A stretch of 64,000 nucleotides of DNA from contig OX597816.1 in the NCBI GenBank assembly GCA_951406725.2, positions 143,654,001 through 143,718,000 on the forward strand, in the 5' to 3' direction. Below, one piece after another: positions 1 to 14,079 of this stretch. Each line of letters begins with the position of its first letter. Within the stretch, counting starts at the first letter, position 1. The notes beneath the pieces were generated by a model. It did not search any database. It saw only the letters and a program-made list of their open reading frames with translations, and was not told the origin of the DNA. This stretch comes from Octopus vulgaris (Eukaryota). A program made the translations under genes and the position numbers.

Positions 1-985
1 CAGCTATGAGCTGAAACTACAAAATTTATATACATATATCAGTCGGGCTATAATTATTAGAAAGGAAGTGAATATTAAGAAATTATTTTGTTCAACTATT
101 GTATCCATTGCATTTATGTTCAGTAATTGTTGTTTAGCCCCAAAGAAGCCTTGGTGTGAATAGTGAATTAGCGATAGTTTCCAAGAGGTAATCATCCCGT
201 GTAGGTTTAATGTACAATTTATGAAACACTACTTTAAATTACTTCTCTTCTTGTGATTTGTTAGAGATTTTGTTGTTATTTCTAGCAAGACGTTACTCTG
301 TGTAGAACCTTTCCCCTCTCTTTGGCTTTTCCCCGTTCCGTACTTTAAGATAGATGTTAGCTGCTTTACCATCAAGTCCTGATAAATTTCGGCAAATCTC
401 ATTACTGGTAACGTTAAAAACATTATTTATTTTATGTGTCAGCAATACTTTAAACAGGGACGATCCTGAGCCTAGTTTTCAGTTTAATTACTTTGATACT
501 CTGATAAGGACCGCCTTTGACATTTCAGAATGTGATACGCAAATATGACAGCTTAGTTTCGTTGACATTCACTTTTGTGATGTAGATTACCTACCTTGCT
601 TGATCAGGCTGAATTCTGAATTCAATCATGCTCCCATCAACTGTTGATCACGCTGAAATTCTAATGATCCTCACGACACGATTTCAAATTAATCTGATTG
701 TCAAACATTTGCTCACTCGACCATCCTTATCTCATAGTTCTTATTTGTACGACTGAGATATTCTTTCGACGTTTATATGCAAACTGTGAGACGACTGTAG
801 GAAGATGAAGAGATATACTCCCCCTCCTGCTCACTGCACAATGATTTTGATTCGAGGTCAAGTATATTTCACTTCAGGCATTTCCCTAAAGCCACGTGGT
901 TGTGAAGCGAGCTTCTTAATCACACGGCTATGGCTACGGCTCTATGTGTAAGATAATCATAAATATCAATATTATACTGCAATAA

Positions 986-1380
986 GGTGGCGAGCAGGCA
1001 GACTCTTTAGCGCGCCGGGCGAAATGCTTAGCGGTATTTCGTCTGCCGCTACGTTCTGAGTTCAAATTCCGCCGAGGCCGACTTTGCCTTTCATCCTTTC
1101 GGGGTCGATCAAATAAGTACCAGTTACGCACTGGGGTCGATATAATCGACTTAATCCGTTTGTCTGTCCTTCTTTGTCCTCTCTGTGTTTATCCTCTTGT
1201 GGGTAGTAAAGAAATAGGTATTTCGTCTGCCGTTACGGTCTGAGTTCAAATTCCGCCGAGGTCGACTTTGCCTTTCATCTTTCCGGGGTCGATGAAGTAA
1301 ATACCAGTTAAGCATTGTGGTCAATGTAGTCGACTTACCTCCTCCCCCGAAATCGCTGACTTAGTTTCAAAATTTGAAAC
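986..1380 (+). mobile_element. tRNA-related SINE, dimeric form (central core repeated)
   Basis: Head GGYGGCGAGC...GTTCTGAGTTCAAATTCC. The core 'gactttgcctttcatcctttcggggtcgat..aaataagtaccagtt' occurs twice. A near-identical copy lies at 11237-11628. Confidence 0.85.
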
Positions 1381-1392
1381 ATTCACACCCAC

Positions 1393-1492
1393 ATGTATGT
1401 ATGTATGTATGTATGTATGTATGTATGTATGTATGTATGTATGTATGTATGTATGTATGTATGTATGTTTGTATGTATGTATGTATGTATGT
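1393..1492. repeat. (TATG)n microsatellite
   Basis: Direct inspection. Confidence 0.95.
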
Positions 1493-1584
1493 ACGTTTCT
1501 ATTTCGAGGAGGTTGAGTGATCACATAGAAGCTCCTCGTTGTCTGGTAGAAAATTAATGGTTTTTAATTTAGACACAAAGCCAG

Positions 1585-1760
1585 CAATTATGAAGACAAG
1601 CAGTTAGATCCCTGCACTGAACTGGAACTTCATTTTATCGATCCCAAAAGGATGAGAGGCAGAGTTGACCGTGACGAGATTTGAACCCAGAATGTTATAA
1701 AGAGCCGGAGAAAATGCCGCACTGTACTTTTTCGACGCTCTATCGATTCGGTCAATCCAT
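1585..1760 (-). mobile_element. Degenerate SINE, same family as 986-1380
   Basis: Reverse complement of the core: 'ttttatcgatcccaaaaggatgagaggcagagttgacc...gatttgaacccagaatg'. Confidence 0.65.
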
Positions 1761-2411
1761 AACACTTATTATAATGAAAATATTCATGAAATTATCTATA
1801 ATTTATGTAAAGCTATAACAAAATTTATAGAAAAAAGAATGCTGTGTGTAAATAGGTTTTAATTTCACCTCTTTTTTCATTTCCATGTTCAGATCTCATC
1901 GGACTTAATACTTTATGATTTTCGATATAGTAAGTATCTAGTTACTTTATGGATATTGAATTAATTGATTCCAACTATTTCTTTGTGTATTCAAGTATCC
2001 AACACTAAAACAAAAATACAATACTTGAGTTGTCGAATACCTTAGAACAAGAGCTAAAGCTCAAGAAGTAAGCTCAAGAGACTATGAGAGAGATTTGATC
2101 CATTTCCATGCATTTACGTCATAAATGCTCTTCACAAAAACATTAACGTAACATTATTTGCCTTCCATTCCACATAGATGTATGATCTCGTAACTAAGTG
2201 AGAAATCAATTGTCGAGCTTCGCCAAAAATATGTTTACAGTCACAGTCTAATAGCAAGAGACTAACAAATATATTGGTTTCTGCACATATTTGCATTCGC
2301 TTTTGCGTACATGAATAATTGTGTTTACTTGTGTATCTCCACCATATAGAGCTGAGTATATGTGCATCTGTTAATGTGTATAAAAATATATAAATATATA
2401 TATAGCTCCTA

Positions 2412-2757
<346 letters not shown>

Positions 2758-2861
2758 CTGTCTGCTTGAGTGTGTGTGAGTTTACAATGCAGCTGCTTTT
2801 TTGTGCATGTGTGCACATGTATTTCTTGATAATCTTGCATTTGTACATGCATGTGTCTGGG

Positions 2862-2927
<66 letters not shown>

Positions 2928-3024
2928 TGTGTGTATGTTTCTGTTCCTAATTGTGTTTCGAATACGTATTGCTACAGATATATTCGCGAAGTGTTTATTA
3001 CTATACGCTTGTGAAATTCTCTCT

Positions 3025-3027
<3 letters not shown>

Positions 3028-3120
<93 letters not shown>
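3028..3120. repeat. (CA)n microsatellite
   Basis: Direct inspection. Confidence 0.95.
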
Positions 3121-3121
<1 letters not shown>

Positions 3122-3769
3122 TCATGTTAATATGTGTATGAATGTACGTATGTGGATTACATTTATATAGGAATGTTGATGCAAACAGGTAAAATAGAAC
3201 TCGAAATATGAATATAAGTATTTTCTTTATTAAACAGTGACTCATGGTCAAGTAACAGTGACTCATGGTCAGATTCTCGGACCTTCAGTCACTCTGTTAC
3301 TTCTGCTAAATATTAATATGTATATAAAGCTTCTCCGTCCGTATTTGTCACAGTGATTATGTCATCAACATAACTGGCATAGATTGTGTAGCTATGTTTG
3401 GGAACGACTTTGTTTTCAACGTTAGCCATGGAAAATGGCGCAAATGTAGGGCCAAAAAGGAAACCCACAAACACCTTGTCTTTCTAGGTATTACATTGTG
3501 GGTGGGAGAGAACGGAACTCCGCTTGTGCAGGTCAACAGAAAAATTTTGATTGTATTTCTTGGTAAAGCAGTTTTATTATACTCCTATATATATATAAAT
3601 GTTTTTGTATATACAATTACGTGTGTACATTTACGTGTGTGTGTGTGTGTGCGTGTACGTGCGTGCGTGATAAATCATTTTACTGGTTCATTTCCTCGAA
3701 GTGGACACAACTATAAATAATAACATGTAATATATTAAGTTAAAAAACATCCTTGAATTAAAAAGGCCG

Positions 3770-3832
<63 letters not shown>

Positions 3833-4272
3833 ACGCACACACACACACACAGCACACAACACACACGATACACACGCACGATACATGCACACACACACAT
3901 GCACACAACATACACACGATTGTCCTAAAGCAGATTGGGGAATTATTTTGACTTTTAATCTATTGTAAACAATTCATTGTGTTCATATATCATTGTCTAG
4001 TTTCATGTCCTCAATTGACTAGACCCATGATTAAAGACATTCCGTCCGTGACCATCCCATTACGACGCCAGACTGTGTTTTGAAGGTGATCTGGCTGCTA
4101 GAAATGTCAGCCACAAGTCAAGTGACCATCTAAGGTACTTTTGGGAAATTTCACACCGTACCCTCGTTCACGGCAGTAGCTATCTATAATGAGAATGAAA
4201 CTGTTATCTTCTTTATTCATAGTTTTAACATGTGAGATTAATTAATATTTATTTTTTTATCTCTTATCTTAA

Positions 4273-4314
<42 letters not shown>

Positions 4315-4685
4315 CGCGTTTTTGCATGATAACAAAATAACGTAGAAATTTATATTTTCATTGGCACGTTGGCGTCTTCATGCATATAAATCATTCATTC
4401 ATCTATTTCCCACTCTCCTCTTCCTTACGACTTTTATTTTCTATTTATTTATTTGTTTGTTAGCTTATCTCGACACTTATTTCATTTTATCTCTGTCTAT
4501 CTTAAATCGGAAGCTATTTAAGCATGGGAAAAACCCGACATAAAAGGAAATAACTAAAATAAAGAAGCGTTATGGATTACAGTAAGCACATTTAATGTGT
4601 TGCGATACAGAATAACGTACTCATAAGATTTTGTACAGATCGAAATTTGTGCTCTAATCGGAGAAAGTAAACAAAAACCCTAACA

Positions 4686-7036
4686 CTGGGGTGTTAAACA
4701 TACGACCCGCAGGGTTTCATTCGGCCCGCGAGATGATTTTGACAAATGTAAAAATTATATATTTACTTATTGTGAATGTTGATTGTTTGAGTATGACTGA
4801 TGATAGAATGATTCAATTTCTAATAGAAAAACTCCCTTAAATTATCTAAAGATTTGTTTAGATATTGTGTTGGAATAATATCTTTTCGAAATTAATTCAG
4901 TGACTAACAAAGTGTTTTCTTTTTTAGGTCAACATTTCGCTCACTTTTACCTTATCCAAAATGTCATTGTCAAAAAAAAAGGGAAAAGTGGATACAGAGT
5001 GTAGATTATTTTTTAAAAAGTGGTCCTTTTCCTATTTATTCATAGAGGTGAATGGGAAACCTGTGTGCTAGGTGTTTTCGCAGCAGGTTACAGTGCTCAA
5101 GGAATATAATATTCGGCGCCACTATGAGACTCATCATGCCGACAAATTGTACAATAACTTGCAAGGACATATGGGAAGAGAGAAAGTAAATAAATTGTTA
5201 GCGGATCTGAAGAAACAATGGTCTGCTTTAACCCAAAGTCGAGATATCAGTGAAGCAGCAGTAAAAGCTAGCTACTTTGTTGCTAGGGAAATAGCATTAC
5301 ATCAAAGCCGTACTGTGAGGGTGAATTCGTGAAAACATGTATACTGAAAGCTTCAGAAATTGTATGCCCTGAGAAGCCAACATTAGCTGATGAGAGACTT
5401 TTGCCAACATTAGCCTGACGAGAAACACTGTGGCAGATAGGATTTCAGATCTTTCTGTAGATTTGGACAGGCAACTGAAGCACAAAGTCAAGTCATTTAT
5501 TGCATATTCGGTTGCAATTAATGAGAGCACGGACATTACAGATGTTGCGCAACTGGCCATATTCATTCGTGGTGTAGACGAGACTTTGACCGTTACCGAG
5601 AAGTTCCTGGAGTTGATTCCTATGATGGACACCACAACAGCAAATGACATTTTCATCTCTCTCGTTGGAGTGCTGGAAGGGGTCAGAGTGGACTGGTCTC
5701 GTGCTGTCAGCGTGGCTACAGATGGTGCTCCATCAATGATTGGAAAAAATCCACGTTCTGTGACGTAGTTCAGAGAGAAAGTACAGACTGTAAATGGAGG
5801 ACGTCATTTTTGGATATTTCACTGCATCTTGCACCAGGATGCATAGTGTTGCAAATTATTCAAAAGGAATCACGTCATGGAAGTGGTTGTCCGAACTATT
5901 AATTTCACCCGAACTAGAGGTCTGAATCACCGTCGGTTTGTCAATCTTCTCAGCGATATAGGCATTACATATAGCTTGCCATATCACACCGAGGTAAGGT
6001 GATTAGATCGAGGTACCGTGTTGAAGCGTTTCTTTAATTTACGAGAAGAAATTGAACAGTGCATGGAGGAAAAAGGGCAAGCCGTGTTAGAACTTCAATC
6101 ATCAGAATGGCTGCAAGATTTAGCATTTATCGTGAATATTACAGAGCACTTGAATAATCTGAACAAAATGCTGCAAGCCGTAAAAAAAGTTGTCACATAA
6201 TATTTTGAAAGCATACGCGCGTTCAAGTTGAAGTTAATTTTGTTGGAGACACAACTGTCAGGTAGTGACCCTGCTCACTTTCCTTGTGTAAAAGATGTGG
6301 TTGCGACCACAGATAATGTTGACATGAATCTGTACAATTTCACGCGATTGCTGCGAGAGTATGAGCAACGGTTTCGGATCTTTTACGAACTTGAGATAAA
6401 TTTCAGAGTTTTCGCTCACCATATGCAGTCAACGCCCCTGATCTGCCCGTCAACATCCAACTTGAAATGATTGACGTGCAGTGTGATTCAGATTTGAAGA
6501 ACTTTTTATCAGTATCTCCAAATTGACAACCCTTGCTACGAAAGTTTTGCGCAAGTTCGAGAATACCTATCTTTGTGAACGAGTTTTTTTTCTGCTCACA
6601 CATGAGTACCTAAATGACATCCTGAAATTGGCTGCTACTCAGGATTTGACGCCTGATATTGATGCACTTGTGAAGGAGAAAGGATACCAAATTTCAGGAA
6701 CATATTGAAAATTAACGATAACAAATAATAAAAGTGTCTTTAAATGTTTTTCAAAATTTTTTTAAAAAATTCATAAATTGTATACGTCTAAAAGGCAGTG
6801 TGATAACTCAGTCTTCTTTAACAATTCTCACTTTCACTTGTTCAATGTTTTGCAAAAAGAAAATATATATATTCTTTAAACATGAACATTTTCGGAAAGT
6901 ACTTTTTCACATTAAAACAAAGGGAAAATTTTGAAATTGCTATTTATAGGTTCTTGTGCCATAATTTTACTGGGGTGGCCTGCTCGAGATCAAATTGGGT
7001 TGATAAGTGGCCCGTGAACTAAAATGAGTTTAACAC
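4686..7036 (+). mobile_element. hAT (Charlie/GTF2IRD2-like) DNA transposon, decayed
   Basis: Termini ctggggtgttaaac / gtttaacac. Broken transposase 4961-6708 with KEYNIRRHYETHH, SVAINESTDITDVAQLAIFIRGV, ATDGAPSMIGK, HCILHQ, HTEVR-L-RG and WLQDLAF. Confidence 0.9.
4961..6708 (+). pseudogene. hAT transposase pseudogene (multiple stops and frameshifts)
   Basis: ORF fragments 5072-5332, 5430-5768, 6018-6200, 6228-6470 and 6523-6708 carry consecutive hAT motifs. Confidence 0.9.
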
Positions 7037-7525
7037 AATCATTAGCAATCCAGAAAATGGGGAGATAATTTTAAGTAATTTATAATTCACTATTTTGTTT
7101 TTAATACTCACACTTAAGGAAAAGTCTAATCTTTGCTAGCGGCAATAGTGAGGACAATGGTTATGCCTCATGCTTACAAGACTTCGTCAGCGAAACATAA
7201 TCTGTACAGATTCGCTTTAGCAATAGGAGGACGATTTTAGTTAGGAAAGATAAGACCTACACAGATTTTTCATGAGCAGTAATTTGCATAATATTAAACA
7301 AAACGGAGCCGAATGAAATAACTCAAATAAGCCAATGGAATGGATTAAGACAACTCAAGTATGGGTGAAGTACTGAATGATGTGTGCCAACAAATTTTTT
7401 TTTTATAAATCAAAATTTGTTTTTGGAGAGAAAAATCCTCGCTACAGTCATTAGCGACTCAAAAAGAAAAAGAAAAATGAGTGCAATAAATATGTTTGTT
7501 TTGTCTACGTGCGTACGTATATATG

Positions 7526-7627
<102 letters not shown>

Positions 7628-7919
7628 ATATCTATCTTACACCATACAACATGACACTGTGATACACGATCCCTATTGATCGTTTTTTTCCCTCTTCCCC
7701 TTTTTTTCCTCTTTTTTCTTCTTTTTTCATTTTTCTTTTCTTTTGTTCCTTTCCCTTTTTCTTTTTTTCTTTTCCTTTTTCTTCCCCTTTTACGATCCCT
7801 TTTGATCGAAAACCTACGCCACCTTTTTTTTTTTTTCATCCCCCAAAAGAAAAGCTCTACCTTGTAACTTGTCCCATCTGTGTGCAGCCCTGTGTGGCCA
7901 ATAAAGAAACTTATCTACC

Positions 7920-8023
<104 letters not shown>

Positions 8024-8403
8024 ACTCACACACACACACATATATATATATATATGTTCTCATGCCTCGGTACTGCGGACCTTCCTTTGACGGATTTCTG
8101 AAGCAGCGGACAAAATCACGGCATATCAACAACACATCTTCACCATTCATGATAAGTCTGATATTAAATTTAAAATGTTGAATTTACTGTATTATAGTGT
8201 ATATTTATAGCGAACAGGTATTTTACACCGTCAAGTTTGGATAGTGTGGTTGATTAAATGTACAGTACTGTATTTATTCCTCGGTCTTTCGTAATGTAAT
8301 TGTTGATATTAGCCACTCGTAACGTACCGTACCCTAAGTGTCGGTACCTACGGACAATCGGCTCCATCGGACCGATGTTCCCTCGTTTTAGTCCGTAGTA
8401 CCG

Positions 8404-8465
<62 letters not shown>

Positions 8466-8566
8466 ATTATGTATATATATATATAAACATTAATTATATA
8501 TATATATATACATATATATATAAATAATTATATATATATATATATATACACACACGCACATATGTG

Positions 8567-8672
<106 letters not shown>

Positions 8673-8721
8673 TATATAAATATATATAAAACATTAATTA
8701 TATATATATATATATATACAC

Positions 8722-9500
8722 TAATTAGAGAACAAACATGAAATTCCAGTCAACAACTTTATATAACACCGCGCTTCCATACATTTGATCATATGTAAAT
8801 ATTACCATGACCTTCAACATATAAAAGGAATACATACACACTCAGAAGGTAAAAAAATATATAAGCACATAAAAATACAAATATATAGAACGGCCTATAA
8901 AGAAAAGGTATATACAATCGACTAAAAATACTTATTTTTAGTCGATTGTATATACCTTTTCTTGAAAGCGCATGGCTCAGTGGTTAGAGCGTCGACCTTA
9001 CGATCGTCAGGTTGTTAGTTCGAATCCTGAACCGGGCTGCGTGTTGTGTTCTTGAGCAAGACACTGTATTTTTCATGTTATTCCAGTTCACTCAGCTGTG
9101 GAAATGAGTTGCGACGTCACAGGTGCCAAGCTGTATCGGCCTTTGCCTTTCCCTTGGATTACATCAGTGGTGTGGAGAGGGGAGGCCGGTATGCATGGGC
9201 GACTGCTGGTCTTCCATAAACAACCTCGTCCGGACTTGTGCCTGGGAGGGTAACTTTTTAGGTGCAATCCCATGGTCAGTCATGACCGAAGGGGGTCTCA
9301 GCATATATACCTTTTCTTGATAGGCCGTTCTATATATTTGTATTTTTATGTGCATATATGTTTTTTACTTTCTGAGTTTTTATATATATATATTCCTTTT
9401 ATATGTTGAAGGCCATAGTAATATCTATATATGATCAAATGTATGGAAGCATGCTGTTATATAAAGTCGTTGACTCGCATTTGATATTTGTTCTCTGATC
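8722..9500. repeat. Fold-back (palindromic) element, ~210-bp arms, centre ~8931, right arm interrupted by a SINE
   Basis: 'tatacaatcgactaaaaata-ct-tatttttagtcgattgtata' at the centre. The left arm 8722-8930 is mirrored by 8933-8965 plus 9321-9500. Confidence 0.85.
8966..9303 (+). mobile_element. tRNA-derived SINE with 17-bp TSD
   Basis: A-box TGGCTCAGTGG, B-box GTTCGAATCC. TSD tatataccttttcttga at 8949-8965 and 9304-9320. Confidence 0.92.
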
Positions 9501-9611
9501 AATGCTTTTCTTTTCTTTTTATTTCCATCTCAATTTCATTTGAGCACTTCTTTTTTGCAGTCCTATAAACCCTTTTGTTTCCATAAAAAGCGGCAAAAAT
9601 TATTTCTTGTC

Positions 9612-9670
<59 letters not shown>

Positions 9671-9854
9671 CATGTATGTATGTATGTATGTATGTATGTA
9701 TGTATGTATGTATGTATGTATGTATGTATGTATGTATGTGTGTATGTATGTATGTATGTATATATAAATTAAATAATAAGGGTAGAAATTGATATTAATC
9801 AATTAAAACCAGAGGCTTAGCATATTTAAAAAATCCGAGGATTAAAAATTATGT

Positions 9855-9981
9855 TACATACAAAATTAAGAGGAATGACCACTAAAGTGGACACCTAATA
9901 TGCTAAACATAGACGAATGGCGATTTGACGTCTTTGTTTAACATATTAGGGGCCCACTTTAGTATTCATTTCTCTTAATTT

Positions 9982-9990
<9 letters not shown>
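9855..9990. repeat. Imperfect inverted repeat (~55-bp arms)
   Basis: tacaaaattaagagga..actaaagtgg..cctaatatgctaaaca versus tgtttaacatattagg..ccactttagt..tctcttaattttgta. Confidence 0.8.
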
Positions 9991-10019
<29 letters not shown>

Positions 10020-10951
10020 CCGATTTATTTATCTATCTATTCACCTAACTATATATTGTTATCGAACTAGCTAGCTAGCAATATAACAAAGAAACAACTA
10101 AGCAAGCAATCAAACAAACACACCGACAAACCAGCAAGTAAGAAAACTAGCAAGCAAATAAATAGTGTGAGTGATAATCAGCAGCCTTGGAAATCATTGG
10201 CAGCTAACTTCAGCTGCGGATTGAGCGTAGTATGCCTGTATACTATTGTGCATTGAATTCAGAATCCAAGAACCCACTGTTTCAAGTTTTCATTCATTAA
10301 TCATGTCACGACGCTAGTCGTCTGCTACAAGCAGTTCTAGTGCCTTTGTTCTGGTCATAATCGGAAGGAATAAAGTTCATTGCCCATTAAGCTTTTGCTT
10401 GCCTGAATTATGAATGGAGGAGAAACAAAACAGACTGTATGACTGTATGACGTTCCATATCATATGACTATTCAGATTTCAAGCTCATAATATGAATGAC
10501 AGAATAAAAGCGTTACTGGCTGATTTTTATCAATCGCTTTTACCCTGGTTCCGCTAAGATGAATGTAATTCTCTAGTTTCTGAAAGATATCCGTTAATAT
10601 TTCAGTTTAAATCATTCATACCATTTTTTTTTCTTGTTCTTCATTGTTCAGGCATTGTTTAAACCAGTGAAGGCAAACGTAGCAGCAAAAATATTGTCTT
10701 AAGCATGGCTTTTCTATCCGTCCATTTGGTAAATCTATGCATTACACTCACATGGACGCACGTATACATATGCGCGCACATGCACGCACATACACACGCA
10801 CACGTGCGCACACAGATATATGTATATATATCGATATACATATGCGCGTGTTTGTGCGTTGCGCGCGTACGCATCTTAACTTGGTATAATTGTTCTAAAA
10901 ATATGGTTCAGATGATATTTATTCATTGTATTACGTGACATATACATATGG

Positions 10952-10982
<31 letters not shown>

Positions 10983-11236
10983 GCATGTACAAAGGCATAC
11001 TCATATATACATATATGTGATTGTGTGTGTATGCGTGTGTGTGCATGCATGTATTTATAATTATTAAGTTTTACTAGGAGAAAACTATGCGCGTGAATGC
11101 ATGTATTTATGCATATATATACACACGAACTCGCACGCACGCACACATGCACATTATCTCGTCTGTTTGTCTATAGAACACTGCAGTTCCAATATATCCT
11201 TACCTAATTTAAGATGGTAGGATGTGATTTGAACAA

Positions 11237-11628
11237 GGCGGCGAGCTGGCAGAATCGTTAGCACGCCGGGCAAAATGCTTAGCGGTATTTCTTCTGCCGC
11301 TACGTTCTGAGTTCAAATTCCGCCGAGGTCGACTTTGCCTTTCATCCTTTCGGGGTCGATTAAATAAGTACCAGTTACGCACTGGGGTCGAGGTAATCGA
11401 CTTAATCCGTTTGTCTGTCCTTGTTTGTCCCCTCTGTGTTTAGCCCCTTGTGGGTAGTAAAGAAATAGCTATTTCGTCTGCCGCTACGTTCTGAGTTCAA
11501 ATTCAACCGAGGTCGACTTTGCCTTTCATCCTTTCAGGATCGATAAATTAAGTACCAGTTACGTACTGGGGTCGATCTAATCGACTGGCTCCCTCCCCCA
11601 AATTTCGGGCCTTGTGCCTAGAGTAGAA
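11237..11628 (+). mobile_element. tRNA-related SINE, dimeric form
   Basis: Same head-core-tail-core layout as 986-1380. Confidence 0.88.
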
Positions 11629-11858
11629 GAGGCTGTGATTTGGAGAAAATTTTGCTGCTATAACGATCAGAATTCTTCCCTCTTTGGTTTGAATTCAGTT
11701 TTTGCTGTGTCGTGTAGCGGCTGATCAACCGTAGTCGAAAAATAATGATCAAATGCGTTCCAGTCGTGACAATCCCCGTCTTCAATACAACATTCACATC
11801 ATCCATAGAACTACGTGGCTGAGAAGCACTCTTCTTAACCGTATAGCCATGCTAACAT

Positions 11859-11896
<38 letters not shown>

Positions 11897-12009
11897 TTTT
11901 ATTCTTTTGCTTATTTCAGTCCTTTGACTGCGGCCATGCTGGATCACGGCCTTGAAGAGTTTTAGTTGAACAAATCGACCCTAGAACTTATTTTTTAGGC
12001 TTATTACTT

Positions 12010-12106
12010 ATTAATCAACGCTACACGTGTTTCAGCGCTGGTGATTTGTTTTACCAGGCTATACCTAATACATAAATCCACCGGTGCATCCTCAGACTTG
12101 ATTAAT
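12010..12106 (-). ncRNA. Type I hammerhead ribozyme, extended stem II
   Basis: Minus strand: attaatcaagt-CTGAGGA-stem II (tgcaccggtggattt...aaatcaccagcgct)-GAAAC-acgt-GTA-gcgttgattaat. Stem I is ~11 bp with one bulge. Stem III is the palindrome acacgtgt. Confidence 0.75.
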
Positions 12107-12351
12107 GTTATCTTCTTTCCCCACAGACTAATAACAGGTAAGGTATATATATTTTTTAAAAACATGTTTAAATAATTTATAATTAATTCTAATGTATTTT
12201 ATTATTATTGTATGTTATAGTAGGCTTTAAAATGCTTATATTATTAGATTAATATTTTGGATATAATTTTCTATGTATACTCCAGTAAATAAGGTTGTCC
12301 TGAAATTGAAGTTGTGGTCCTATTGGTAAAATTCTAAATTTGTAATAATAA

Positions 12352-12462
<111 letters not shown>

Positions 12463-12584
12463 ATATATGCATATGTATGTATATATATGTATATATATGT
12501 ATATATATGTATATGTATGTATATATATATATGTATATATATGTATGTATATATATGTATATATACATATATAGATATATGTAT

Positions 12585-12622
<38 letters not shown>

Positions 12623-12654
12623 GTCATGGAACGAATAGTCAGACGAAAACTAAT

Positions 12655-13022
12655 CACCTTCCTTGAGGGAAATGACTCGCTGACTGACACCCAACGTGAT
12701 TTCCGACCAGGAAGAAGCTGCCTGACTTAGCTCTTACAACACCATGACTAGGTGCTGAAACAGCTGCTCAACCACTCATATGTGAAAGTGATATATCTCG
12801 ACTTTGCAAAGGCCATTGATAAAGTCGATCAGGGAATGATATGTCACAAACTGCGTGATCTCGGCATAGTCGGAAAACTGGGAGAAGGGCTGCACGACTT
12901 TCTGAAGGGTAGAAGTCAGGTGGTAGTAGCTTATGAGGCCAACTCCAATGACACGCAAATACTGAGCGGTGTTCCGCAAGGAACTGTTTTAGGACTACTA
13001 CTGTTCATAATGGCCGTCTCAG

Positions 13023-13025
<3 letters not shown>
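12655..13025 (+). pseudogene. CR1/L2-type non-LTR reverse transcriptase fragment
   Basis: [34 protein letters not shown]. Contains stops and is truncated by (TA)n. Confidence 0.85.
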
Positions 13026-13091
<66 letters not shown>

Positions 13092-13139
13092 CATGTATAC
13101 ATATATGTATATATATATATGTATATATATGTATATATG

Positions 13140-13612
13140 CAGTGCCGCTGCTATGTTCTGTACAGCCTTGTAGATATCGTATCTCTTCCAAAAGTCACGA
13201 AGTGGGATGAAAATTAGTTGCAGCTATTGCTTGTCGCAGCGTACGCTTCATATAGTAACGCTTGAAGATAGCAGTTATTCCCTGACCTGCAGAAGAAACG
13301 TGATTTTCGGAGATGTACGATAGTAACGTTGGGGTCACTACACTACTTTATGGTGTGTGTCTTAACATTTCCTGTTTGTATTTTAATATGATTTTATATG
13401 CTTTTATTCCTATTTATCGTACAGTAGCATGATTTTATGTGCTTTTAACGGTTTTCTAGTGATTTTACGATTCCAATATTTGTGGTGGACAGACATGAAG
13501 TCGAATAAATTGACTTAACTCGATTTTTATTTTTCAATATATTATTTATGAAAACTGACGTATAATCGAGAACGACTTAAATCGAAACGACTTAATCCGA
13601 GGTATGCCTGTA
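13140..13612. mobile_element. Tigger/pogo-like non-autonomous relic
   Basis: Terminal 'cgacttaaatcgaaacgacttaatccgaggtatgcctg' followed by TA. Confidence 0.45.
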
Positions 13613-14079
13613 TATATATATATATATATCGTCTGAGGAAACACAACTAGATCTCATAATACATGAAAAGGTTACATAACCAAACACCTGCGAGCCTGGA
13701 GAACTCCGTTGCATGGAAACAATTGTAATAATTACAAATAGATGTCCAACTTGTTGACTCCAACTTATTCAATTATATGTGTGTATGTATCGGTAAAAAG
13801 ATAAAGAATAAATCCATTTCAATCTACATTGCCTATAATCATTTCTTAACCGGGATTATCTAGACTCCTAGAGATCCTCGAGAGGTTGCTGGTAATTCCG
13901 TAAGAAATAGTGATAAATGCAAATGCATTTTTGTTTCGTTTATCATGTTTACTTCGCTATTCGTAAACATGCATAGCATATTTTCTAAGAAAATGAGATC
14001 GAGATGTCTGTACATAGTAAGGTAGCCTCGCCGGTTAAACGATTTTTTAATAAAGAATTATAGGGAAATTTTATCCAAA

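Noticed and set aside
5377-5425. CTGATGA/CTGACGA next to GAAAC in the hAT transposase
   Set aside because: Arises from a short local duplication (gccaacattagc) in coding sequence. No ribozyme stems.
13630-13730. CTGAGGA ... GAAACaattGTA hammerhead candidate
   Set aside because: Stems I and II do not pair convincingly. At best a relic.
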